Assembly: GCF_036365525.1 (NCBI RefSeq)
Contig: NC_090373.1
Span: 66,284,441 to 66,348,440, forward strand
Direction: 5' to 3'
DNA: 64,000 bases
From: Heterodontus francisci
Taxonomy: Eukaryota
In this document: in pieces, positions 12,881 to 22,775 of the stretch
Layout: the number at the start of each line of letters is the position of its first letter
How positions within the stretch are numbered: the first letter of the stretch is position 1
Notes under the pieces: generated by a model
The model's input: only the letters and a program-made list of their open reading frames with translations
Told to the model about the DNA's origin: nothing
The model's database searches: none
Made by a program: the position numbers and the translations under genes

Positions 12881-15181
12881 TTAGAATTAGAATTAGAACA
12901 TTACAGCGCAGTACAGGCCCTTCGGCCCTCGATGTTGCACCGACCTGTGAAACCATCTGACCTACACTATTCCATTTTCATCCATATGTCTATCCAATGA
13001 CCACTTAAATGCCCTTAAAGTTGGCGAATCTACTACTGCTGCAGGCAGGGCGTTCCACGCCCTTACTACTCTCTGAGTAAAGAAACTACCTCTCACATCT
13101 GTCCTATATCTATCACCCCTCAACTTGAAGCTATGTCCCCTCGTGTTTGCCATCACCATCCGAGGAAAAAGACGCTCACTATCCACCCTATCTAACCCTC
13201 TGATTATCTTATATGTCTCTATTAAGTCACCTCTCCTCCTCCTTCTCTCCAACGAAAACAACCTCAAGTCCCTCAGCCTTTCCTCGTAAGACCTTCCCTC
13301 CATACCAGGCAACATCCTAGTAAATCTCCTCTGCACCCTTTCCATAGCTTCCACATCCTTCCTATAATGCGGTGACCAGAACTGCACGCAATACTCCAGG
13401 TGCGGTCTCACCAGAGTTTTGTACAGCTGCAGCATGACCTCGTGGCTCCGAAACTCGATCCCCCTACTAATAAAAGCTAACACACCATATGCCTTCTTAA
13501 CAGCCCTATTAGCCTGGGTAGCAACCTTCAGGGATTTATGTACCTGGACACCAAGATCTCTCTGTTCATCTACACTACCAAGAATCTTCCCATTAGCCCA
13601 GTACTCTGCATTCCTGTTACTCCTTCCAAAGTGAATCACCTCACACTTTTCCGCATTAAACTCCATTTGCCATCTCTCAGCCCAGCTCTGCAGCCTATCT
13701 ATGTCCCTCTGTACCCTACAACATCCTTCGGCACTATCCACAACTCCACCGACCTTAGTGTCATCTGCAAATTTACTAACCCACCCTTCTACACCCTCTT
13801 CCAGGTCATTTATAAAAATGACAAACAGCAGTGGCCCCAAAACAGATCCTTGCGGTACACCACTAGTAACTAAACTCCAGGATGAACATTTGCCATCAAT
13901 CACCACCCTCTGTCTTCTTTCAGCTAGCCAATTTCTGATCCAAAGCTCTAAATCACCTTCAACCCCATACTTCCGTATTTTCTGCAATAGCCTACCGTGG
14001 GGAACCTTATCAAACGCCTTACTGAAATCCATATACACCACATTTACTGCTTTACCCTCATCCACCTGTTTGGTCACCTTCTCGAAAAACTCAATAAGGT
14101 TTGTGAGGCACGACCTACCCGTCACAAAACCGTGCTGACTATCTCTAATGAACTTATTCTTTTCAAGATGATTATAAATCCTGTCTCTTATAACCTTTTC
14201 AAACATTTTACCCACAACCGAAGTAAGGCTCACAGTTCTATAATTACCAGGGCTGTCTCTACTCCCCTTCTTGAACAAGGGGACAACATTTGCTATCCTC
14301 CAGTCTTCCGGCACTATTCCTGTCGACAATGACGACATAAAGATCAAGGACAAAGGCTCTGCAATCTCCTCCCTAGCTTCCCAGAGAATCCTAGGATAAA
14401 TCCCATCTGGCCCAGGGGACTTATCTATTTTCACACTTTCCAAAATTGATAACACCTCCTCCTTGTGAACCTCAATCCCATCTAGCCTAGTAGCCTGAAT
14501 CTCAGTATTCTCAACAACATTTTCTTTCTCTACTGTAAATACTGACGCAAAATATTCATTTAACACTTCCCCTATCTCCTCTGATTCCACACACAATTTC
14601 CCACTACTATCCTTGATTGGCCCTAATCTAACTCTAGTCATTCTTTTATTCCTGATATACCTATAGAAAGCCTTAGGGTTTTCCCTGATCCTATCCACCA
14701 ATGACTTCTCGTGTCCTCTCCTTGCTCTTCTTAGCTCTCCCTTTAGATCCTTCCTGGCTAGCTTGTAGCTCTCAAGCGCCCTAACTGAGCCTTCACGTCT
14801 CATCCTAACATAAGCCGCCTTCTTCCTCTTGACAAGCGCTTCAACTTCTTTAGTAAACGGCTCCCTCGCTCGACAACTTCCTCCCTGCCTCACAGGTACA
14901 TACTTATCAAGGACACACAGTAGCTGCTCCTTGAATAAGCTCCACATTTCGATTGTTCCCATCCCCTGCAGTTTCCTTCCCCATCCTACGCATCCTAAAT
15001 CTTGCCTAATCGCATCATAATTTCCTTTCCCCCAGCTATAATACTTGCCCTGCGGTATATACCTGTCCCTGCCCATCGCTAAGGTAAACCTAACCGAATT
15101 GTGATCACTATCACCAAAGTGCTCACCTACATCTAAATCTAACACCTGGCCGGGTTCATTTCCCAGTACCAAATCCAATGT
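12881..15181 (-). mobile_element. Young 5'-truncated CR1 LINE
   Basis: Open ORF2 over about 2.2 kb, intact 3' UTR and a terminal (TTCTAA)3 repeat. Inserted between the RPI and FYAS codons of Gypsy RNase H with no clear TSD. Confidence 0.96.
12962..15181 (-). CDS. CR1 ORF2 (endonuclease C-terminal end, complete RT domain and C-terminus), 5'-truncated
   Basis: TLDLVL...GDSDHN (APE end), KSPGPDGI, YMDFSKAFDKVPH, GVPQGSVLGP, FADD, RPHLEYCVQFWSP. No stops in the 751-aa ORF; its first 12 or so residues come from flanking antisense Gypsy DNA. Confidence 0.9.
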   Translation of the reverse strand, partial: TLDLVLGNEPGQVLDLDVGEHFGDSDHNSVRFTLAMGRDRYIPQGKYYSWGKGNYDAIRQDLGCVGWGRKLQGMGTIEMWSLFKEQLLCVLDKYVPVRQGGSCRAREPFTKEVEALVKRKKAAYVRMRREGSVRALESYKLARKDLKGELRRARRGHEKSLVDRIRENPKAFYRYIRNKRMTRVRLGPIKDSSGKLCVESEEIGEVLNEYFASVFTVEKENVVENTEIQATRLDGIEVHKEEVLSILESVKIDKSPGPDGIYPRILWEAREEIAEPLSLIFMSSLSTGIVPEDWRIANVVPLFKKGSRDSPGNYRTVSLTSVVGKMFEKVIRDRIYNHLEKNKFIRDSQHGFVTGRSCLTNLIEFFEKVTKQVDEGKAVNVVYMDFSKAFDKVPHGRLLQKIRKYGVEGDLELWIRNWLAERRQRVVIDGKCSSWSLVTSGVPQGSVLGPLLFVIFINDLEEGVEGWVSKFADDTKVGGVVDSAEGCCRVQRDIDRLQSWAERWQMEFNAEKCEVIHFGRSNRNAEYWANGKILGSVDEQRDLGVQVHKSLKVATQANRAVKKAYGVLAFISRGIEFRSHEVMLQLYKTLVRPHLEYCVQFWSPHYRKDVEAMERVQRRFTRMLPGMEGRSYEERLRDLRLFSLERRRRRGDLIETYKIIRGLDRVDSERLFPRMVMANTRGHSFKLRGDRYRTDVRGSFFTQRVVRAWNALPAAVVDSPTLRAFKWSLDRHMDENGIV

Positions 15182-15618
15182 TCTATGCATCAAGAGCACT
15201 GTCAGATACAGAGACATGCTACGCAGTTATTGAAAAGGAAGCTGTAGCTGACACATGGGCATGTGAAAAATCCTCAGACTACATCACTGGAATATATATG
15301 GCAATTGAGACAGACCACAATCTATTGGTTTCCTTATTAGACCAAAAAGAAAGAGCAAAAATGCCTCTGTATACAAAGTTTTCATCTCAGATTAATGAGG
15401 TACACATATGAAACTGTATAGGCTCAAGGGAAGTTTGAATCATCAGCCGATGCATTATCGAGTGCAACCGTAGATCATCCATCACAGGAAGATGCAAATG
15501 TTGTCAGTGACATAGAGTCATACTTACAGCACACAGAACAAAGTTGGCCAGCATGCACACAGTAGTTGCGAGAAATACGACAAGCACAGAAGGATAACGA
15601 TGAGTGCATTTGTATTAG

Positions 15619-15987
15619 GTATACAAAATTATGAGGGGCATTGATAGATTAGATAGGAAGAAACTTTTCCCTTAGCAGAGGGGTCAATAACGAGGGGGCA
15701 TAGATTTAAGGTAAGGGGCAGGAGGTTTAGAGGGGATTTGAGGAAAAAAATTTCACCCAGAGGGTGGTTGGAATCTGGAATGCACTGCCTAAAGAGGTGG
15801 TAGAGGCAGGAACCCTCACAACATTTAAGAAGTATTTAGATGTGCACTTGAAACGCCACAGCATACAAGTCTACAGGCCAAATGCTGGAAAATGGGATTA
15901 GAATAGGTAGGTGCTTCATGGCCGGCACCGACACGATGGGCCGAAGGGCCTGTTTCTGTGCTGTATGACTCTAGGACTCTATGAATC
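15619..15987 (+). mobile_element. CR1 3' end fragment
   Basis: FTQRVVGIWNALP-type coding sequence, GGGCCGAAGGGCCTGTT 3' stem, (TGACTCTA)n-like tail; TATTAG duplicated at 15613-15618 and 15988-15993. Confidence 0.9.
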
Positions 15988-16059
15988 TATTAGACAATAC
16001 TGTACATATGGGAGGTCACAAGAAAGTCCAGGAGGGAGAACAATGAAGACGTTCCATGA

Positions 16060-19030
16060 GTCCACATCCTGTGCCATGTGGGGACTCCAGGACCCTGCCC
16101 ATGTTCTGGCCAACTACATGTGCAGAAAGTGCCACCAAATGCAAAAACTCAAGCGCTGAATCTTGGAACTCAAGGAACTGCTGGTGTCACTGAGGTCCAT
16201 TCGCGAGGATGAGGGATACATGGATAGCACATTTCATGAGGTGATCACCCTGCAGCTTAAAAGAGCACAGGCTGAGAGGGACTGGGTGGCTGCCAGACAA
16301 ACAAGAAGGACAAGGCAGGGAGTGCAGGAGTCCACAGAGGGCATCCCACTTTCTAACCAGTATTCAGTTGTGAGTACCGATGGGAGAGAGGGTTCCTCTG
16401 GAGAGTGCAGTGAGAATCATGACCTGAATACCATGGGTGGCTCAGCTGTGCAGGGAGGTAGGAGAAAGGTCAAGAGAGCAATAGTTGTAGGGGATTCTAT
16501 AGTTAGGGGATCAGACAGGTGTTTCTGTGGTCACAGATGTGATTCCATGATGGTATATTGCCTCCCTGGTGCAAGGGTCATGGATATCGCCGAGCAGCTA
16601 TGGAGCATTCTGGAGGGCAAGGGTGTACAGCCAGATGTCGTGGTCCACATTGGTACCAACAATATAGGTAGAAAAAGGGATGCGGTCCTGCAGGCTGAGT
16701 TTAGGGAGTTAGGAAAGAGATTAGCAAGCAGGACCTCATAGCTGGTAATCTCTGGATTACTCCCAAGGCCATGTGCTAGTGAGTATAGAAATAGGAGAAT
16801 ACACCAGATGAATGCGTGACTGGAGAGATGGTGCAGGAGGGAGGGCTTCAGATTCCTGGGACATTGAGACCGGTTCTGGGGAAGGTGGGACCTGAACAAG
16901 CCAGACTGTCTACACCTGAACAGGACCGGGACGAATATCCTTGTAGAAAGGTTTTCTAGTGCTGTTGGGGATGGTTTAAACTAAATTGGCAGAGGAATGA
17001 GAACTTGAGGGCAGTTTCTGATAGGACAAATTCAGGGCAGGGAACGGGAGGCAGAAAATTAGCGAGTGACTCTGAAAGACAGAAGAGGCAAAGATTAAAA
17101 AGTGTGCAGCACAGGAATTTGACAGTGTTAAAAGGTATTTATTTAAATACATTGAGTATAGCAAATAAAGCCGATGAGCTGAGGACACAGATAGACACAC
17201 ATGGCAGCATGATATCATTGCTATAACCGAAACTTGGCTTAAAGTAGGGCAAACATGGCCACTCAAAATTCAGTTTTCAGGCAGGATAGAGAAGGGGATA
17301 AAAAAGGAGGGGGTGTAGCATTATTGGTTAAAGAATCATTTACAGCTGTGAGGAGGGATGATATGCTAAATGGATCATCAAATGAGGCCACGTGGATTGT
17401 GCTCAGAAATAAAAATGTGACAGCCACACTACTAGGAGTGTACTATAGATCCCCAAATAGTGAGAGGAAGCTAGAAGAACAAATATTTAAGCAAATTCTG
17501 AGAGCAAAAACATAGTTGGGGATTTCAACTACCCTAATATCAACTGGAATATAAACAGTGTGACGAACACAGAAGGCACACAATTCTTGAATTGTATTCA
17601 AGAGAATTTTTTTAGCCCGTAACAAGCCCAACGAGAGGGGTCGCAATTCTAGATTTAGTCTTAGGAAATAATGCTGGGCAAGTGGATGAAGTAGCAGTGG
17701 GTGACTATTTTGGAGATAGTGACCATAATACAGTTAGATTTAGCATTATTATGGAAAAAGACAAGGATAGAACAGGAGTAAAAGTTTAAATGGGGGAAGG
17801 CAAATTTTACGAAGCTGAAAGGTGATCTGGCGAAGGTGGACTGAATGCAGCTACTTGAAAGAAATTCAGTGGCAAACCAGTGGGATGCATTCAAAGACGA
17901 GATTCTACGGGCACAATGTAGACTTGTCCCCACAAAGAAAAAGGATGGTACTGCCAAATCTAGAGCCCCTTGGTTATCTAGAAGCATACAGGTTAAAATA
18001 AAGCAGAAAAAGAAAGCTTATGACAGTCACAAAAAACTTGACACTTTAGAAAGCCAAGAGGAGTATTGAAAGTGCAGGGGTGAAGTAAAAAAGGAAATTA
18101 GGAAAGCAAAGCGAGGACATGAAAAATATTGACAGGTAAAATCAAGGAAAACCCAAAAATGTTTTATCAATACATTAAGAGCAAGAGGATAACTAAGGAA
18201 AGGGTAGGGCCTATATGGTAACTTATGCATGGATGCAGAAGATATGGGTAGGTTCTTAATGAGTACTGTTACGACCAGGTGAGAAAGATCTGGCTCTTAA
18301 TGTCTCAATGACTTTTGATCATCACTATTGACAAAACCCATCTGGCTAATTGAATCAGGGAGCACTTCCATTGTCTCACTGGGCAACTGTCTCTCAGAAT
18401 GCAAATGTGCAGCCATGTTTTCAGCCACTGCGCTGTGGTCCTTTTTAAACAAGTTATGTTCGAGGTCCAGTAACAGTTCAAATAGTATTCCATATGACAA
18501 AAGTAATACGTTTCCATTTGGCAGGTGAGGTTTCCATCACAGTAATTTGTCTCTGTCTTCACAAAGAAGGTTGATGCAGACATTGTAGTAAAAGAGGAGG
18601 AGTATGAAATATTAGATATGATAAGCATAATAAGAGAGGAAGTACTACAGGGTCTGACATGCTTGAAAATGGATAAATCACCAGGGCTGGATGGATTGTA
18701 TCCCAGCCTGTTAAAGGAAGCTGGGGGGGAAATAGCAGATACTCTGAGGATCATCTTTAAATCCTCACTAAATACAGGCGAGGTACCAGAGGATTGGAGG
18801 TCTGCAAACATTGTACCATTGTTTAAAAAGGGTGCAAGGGATAGGCCAAATAATTATAGGCTGGTCAGTTTGACCTTGGTGATGGGCAAATTATTAGAAT
18901 CAATTCTGAGAGATAGGATAAACTGTCACTTAAAAAGGCACGGATTAATCAGGGATAGTCAGCATGGATTTGTTCAGGGAAGGTTGTGTCTTCCTAACTT
19001 AATTGAATTTTTTGAGGAAGTAACAAGGAG
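16060..19030 (+). mobile_element. CR1 LINE 5' part: ORF1 (zinc finger and SGNH esterase) and ORF2 endonuclease/RT start, decayed
   Basis: SCAMW...CRKC; VVGDSIVRG and VVHIGTNN esterase motifs (ORF 16163-16741); GGGVALLVK and GVYYRSPN (APE); KSPGLDGL...NYRLVSLT...SQHGF (RT). Ends abruptly at a SINE. Confidence 0.92.
18267..18541 (-). mobile_element. Internally deleted 275-bp LTR of the Pro-primed family, inside CR1 ORF2
   Basis: TGTTACGACCAGGTGAGAAAG is fused directly to the segment homologous to 260-520; flanks GTAC/GTAA; CR1 is continuous across it. Confidence 0.88.
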
Positions 19031-19150
19031 CACCTGGCAAAAACCCACGCGGTCACAGGGAGAACTTGCAAACTACGCACAGGCAGTACCCAGAATTGAA
19101 CCCGGGTAGCTGGAGCTGTGGTGCTAACCACTGCGCCACTGTGCCGCCCC
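19027..19150 (-). mobile_element. HE1/V-SINE 5' part (tRNA-derived head)
   Basis: Minus strand GGGCGGCACAGTGGCGCAGTGGTTAGCACC...CCCGGGTTCAATTC (A and B boxes); matches 33368-33490. Confidence 0.9.
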
Positions 19151-19151
19151 A

Positions 19152-19925
19152 AATGATGGCCATGAAACCATTGTCGATTGTTGTAAACACCCATTTGGCT
19201 CACTAATGTCCTTTCGGGAAGGAAATCTATTGTCCTTACCTAGTCTGGCCTCCATGTGACTCCAGATTCACAGCAATGTGGCTGACTCTGAAATGCCCTC
19301 AGAAATGGCCTAGCAAGCCACTCAGTTGTACCAAACCTCTACAATGTCGATAAGGAATGAAACCAGACAGACCACCTGGCATCGACCTAGGCACTGGAAA
19401 CGACAACGGCAAACCCAGCCCTCTCAACCCTGCAAAGTCCTCCTTACTAACATCTGGGGGCTCGTGCCAAAGTTGGGAGAGCTGTCCCATAGACTAGTCA
19501 AGCAATAGCCTGACATAGTCATACTCACCAAATCATACCTTACAGACAATGTTCCAGACACCGCCATCACCATCCCAGGTATGTCCCATTCCACCAGCAG
19601 GACAGACACACCAGAGGTGTACAGTGGAGAGGGAGTTGCCCTGGGAGTCCTCAACATCGACTATGGACCCTATGAAGTATCATGGCATCAGGTCAAACCT
19701 GGGCAAGGAAACCTCCTGCTGATTACCACCTACTGCACCCCCCCCCTCCCTCAGCTGATGGATCAGTACTCCTCCAGGTTGAACACCACTTGGAGGAAGC
19801 ACTGAGGATGGCAAGGACACAGTGTACTCTGGGTGGGGGACTTCAATGTCCATCACCAAGAGTGGCTCGGTAGCACCACTACTGAATGAACTGGCCGAGT
19901 CCTAAAAGACATAGTTGCGAGACTG
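19152..19925 (+). mobile_element. Zenon-like CR1-group LINE 5' fragment: SINE-like leader followed by APE endonuclease
   Basis: 19152-19328 matches the SINE body at 43685-43858. It is followed by VLLTNIWGLVPKLGEL...PDIVILT and later WVGDFNVHHQEWLGS. Confidence 0.8.
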
Positions 19926-20098
19926 GAAAAACCAAGGCAGCAACCCAGACATCCTATGAAGACTACTGATCATCTCAGACAGATTACAACCAGATCGGGG
20001 AGAGTTGTCAAACCTCCATAAGGTCAGAGACTTAGGGGAAGAGAGAGTAGTAGAGAAGTCATAAATGTTTATATGTTTGTAAAAATGTTGGGGTGAGT

Positions 20099-20355
20099 TG
20101 TAGTATTGGGATGTAAAAGGTTAATATCGAAGACAGAGAGACCCCTCCCACTATACAAGCGATGATGTAACTGTCCCATGAGATAGGCTTTCAAAGAAGA
20201 AGGAACAGTACAAAGGATGCTAGCTTAGGTGGCTTACTGAGAGTGCAGTTAGTAACTGTAAATAATAGAATTGCTAGTTAACCTTTACCGGAGTTTGAGA
20301 CTTTCTCTAGAATGCCCGACAACGCTACTAATACAAACCCAACAACGCAACAACA
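20099..20355 (+). repeat. 3' LTR of the Mag-like element
   Basis: TGTAGTA...CAACA, preceded by purine-rich tracts; homologous to 8670-8921 but clearly diverged. Confidence 0.85.
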
Positions 20356-20530
20356 TCCCTACTCCTTCTTTAAAATTCTCCTTAATATTTTTTGACCAAA
20401 CCTTGAGTCATTTCTCCTAAAATCTCCTTCTTTGGTTCAGCATCTGTTTTTTTTTCTAATTAGACCCCTGCAAAACACCTTGGGATGCTTTTCTGCCGAA
20501 AAGGTGCGCTATAAATTCTTTTTGTTTTTG
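20356..20530 (+). mobile_element. L2 3' tail, continuing 8616-8669; host of the Gypsy insertion
   Basis: CTGGAATTCCCTCCCTAA.CCTCTC at 8634-8669 continues as CTCCTT..TTTGACCAA...CCTTGGGATG...GCTATAAAT. The same tail occurs inverted at 35480-35700. Confidence 0.8.
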
Positions 20531-20706
20531 CTGTTAATATTGTTACAGAAAACCTTTTGTTTGGTTATGTGGTTAGTCCTATGCTAACATTCAGCAATGG
20601 TAATGGAAAAAGGAAAATTGCACAGTATATTAATTCCAATGATAATGAAAGATACAATAATAAATGGCAAAATTGGTCAGTGGGAATGGAAGTAAAAAAT
20701 GCGTAT

Positions 20707-21505
20707 TGTTACGACTAGGTGAGAAAGGCATCTAGGGGTCTTTTGTTGTCTTCACCTGGTCTTTTTGTAACAGGGTTTAATTTTAGACACACTGTTTTCT
20801 GAGCTCCCTCTTTGTGAATCCTTGTTCACAGCTTTCCAATTGTAAGACAAGTCACACAGATTTTCTCAGGTTTGAAGAAGAAAGATGAAATTTTATTAAA
20901 ACTTGAGCGCTAATATCATTAACGCCTATGGATATACGATGCACCCATGCTAGCATGCAGACGCGATACACACATGCAGATAGGGACAGAAAAGAGAGGA
21001 AAATATAAGGTGAAGGTTTGAGGCAGTCTCTGAAGGGGGTTTATGGTTACTGTTTCTGTGGTTCCAGCTCGCTGTAGAGCTTTTGACTGTAGGCAGTTCT
21101 TACTTTTCACTGGGAGCCAGTATTCTTCTTAAACCTTGTTCAACATAGGAGACTTTTCTCTCTTTGAGGTTCTCGTGTCTTGAATGGTTTCCGAAGCTGG
21201 TGTGAGCGAGATGAGAGCAGACAGGAGAGAGATGTTCTCAAACCAGGAGCCAGGAGCTTTCTGATTTCTTTCCCTGTTGGAAGTTCAAATTCAGAACAAC
21301 TCCAACAGTCAGTCAGTCATGTGATTAAAACTGGTCTGACCACTTCTTCTGTGTATTGGGGAAGCAATGACTGGGTCCCCATTGTTCCAACTGTCTGTTA
21401 TTATGCAAATGTCTTTCCAGTCAGGGGCTTGCAATTTTAAGTTATAATGTTCATGTGGTGAAATAATGCGTGCCTCAGTCTTGGCAGATGGGGGCTTGCC
21501 TGACA
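20707..21505 (-). mobile_element. Solo LTR, Pro-primed Gypsy family
   Basis: TGTTACGACT...CCTGACA termini; flanks GTAT/TTAT; collinear with 4064-4851. Confidence 0.88.
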
Positions 21506-22761
21506 TTATGATAAAATCAGAGAGACAAGTCAACCATCATTAGCCCAGGGAATAAGTGTTAACTTTTTTGAGTGCATCATCTTGTCAAATGTTCAACAGG
21601 ATTTACATGTTTGAACCCCCATTCTTTCCCTGTTCCAATTACTAACGTGCCATGATTCTATGACTATTATTTTAATCCCAATGTTGAAATGCAGCCTCCT
21701 GCTATACTGCCATCTATAGGTACATATACTTCAGGTCTGTAAAGCGTGACTGTTCACCTTTGAATCTGTTATTCCTTTCTCCTTGTTATTCATAGACTAA
21801 ATCCAGGTGGTAAGACATTATAAAGGGTTAGTGTTTACATCAAATAAAATAGTTGAGTTGCCAATTCTGCTATGTTTATGATCATTTTACATCCTGCCGA
21901 AACTGTTTCATCCACCCCTATCTCCTTGATGTTTAATTTGAAGGAATTTCTTTTCAATTTGACAATTCCCTGAAGGGCAATTTCAACCTTCCTACTTTTT
22001 CAGTAATTAAAAAAACTGTTTAGAGTAGTCTACCCTCAATTAATCATTGTCAAAGAGGTCTCGCTTTGGGGAAAAAAAATGAAAGTAATGATGTGAGATA
22101 AAATCCCAAGGCATTTCCAGCTCAGTTTTGTTAATCAGTGCAATGGTCATCCTGTCGAATTTGAGGCTGAAATTCCAGGCGATGCTGTCTGTTTGGAGCT
22201 GGTCAAATGGTATTTGCCCCAGAAGTGAAATATCGGCTGCCCAGAGCCTTGAGGGTACACTCTTAAGGACAAATGTTATAACAACAAAGACAGCATGCAC
22301 TTAGATGGCTCCTTTAATGTAGCAAAATGCCCAAAGGCACTCAACAGGCGAGATTATCATACAAGATTTGCAATTTTATTGTGTCTATATTGTGATAATG
22401 ATTTGTGCCAAAAAGCAAGTTTCACTGTGGCACAAATCTGGACAATTTTCTCACGCAAGAGTAGTGTTGGTTATGTTTTGCAGTTCACTGTACAATAGGG
22501 CATGGAGTCTATACTCAAAGGCCAGCTTTGACACCTGAATGGGAATTTTACATTATTAAACTTGTCTACTTGCTATGTTTACAGTGCTAAATAATACTTA
22601 GTAGAAGAATGCAGCACCTGCAAGAGAACATTTCTTTAATTTAAAGTATATTACTTTTAAAAGATATTTCTTACTTCCTGACCAAGGGAAGGAATGTCAC
22701 TATCACGGTATTACAAATTCAGAGGCATTTCCACCCCATTGCTTTTACAAATTGCCAGCCT

Positions 22762-22775
22762 GTTGCCATGGAAAC
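22762..22775. promoter_or_regulatory. RFX X-box motif
   Basis: GTTGCCATGGAAAC, a near-palindromic X-box in repeat-poor DNA. Motif match only. Confidence 0.4.

Larger units (their letters stand above)
12621..15618 (+). pseudogene. pol: Gypsy pol remnant (RT end, connection, RNase H), interrupted by CR1 at 12881-15181
   Basis: LISPDVLAHYNP...ADASSDGFGAV...RPI on the left joins FYASRALSDTE..YAVIEKEAVA..WACEK...IETDH on the right. Confidence 0.9.
8670..20355 (+). mobile_element. Ty3/Gypsy LTR retrotransposon (Mag-clade-like), decayed, with nested insertions and internal deletions
   Basis: Paired LTRs at 8670-8921 and 20099-20355; PBS-like TGGTGTCA at 8922; gag with two CCHC knuckles; protease FKLDTGA (10356-10376); RT end and RNase H pieces; integrase tail TTRSGRVVKPP (about 19985-20020). 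Confidence 0.9.

Noticed and set aside
12962-15217. 751-aa ORF as a domesticated RT gene or autonomous element
   Set aside because: 5'-truncated CR1 ORF2; the start codon comes from flanking antisense Gypsy DNA, and ORF1 and most of the endonuclease are missing.
4064-21505. Similar LTRs at 4064 and 20707 as the two ends of one 17-kb element
   Set aside because: Each has its own near-TSD, neither has an adjacent PBS, and the interior is unrelated TEs and unique DNA.
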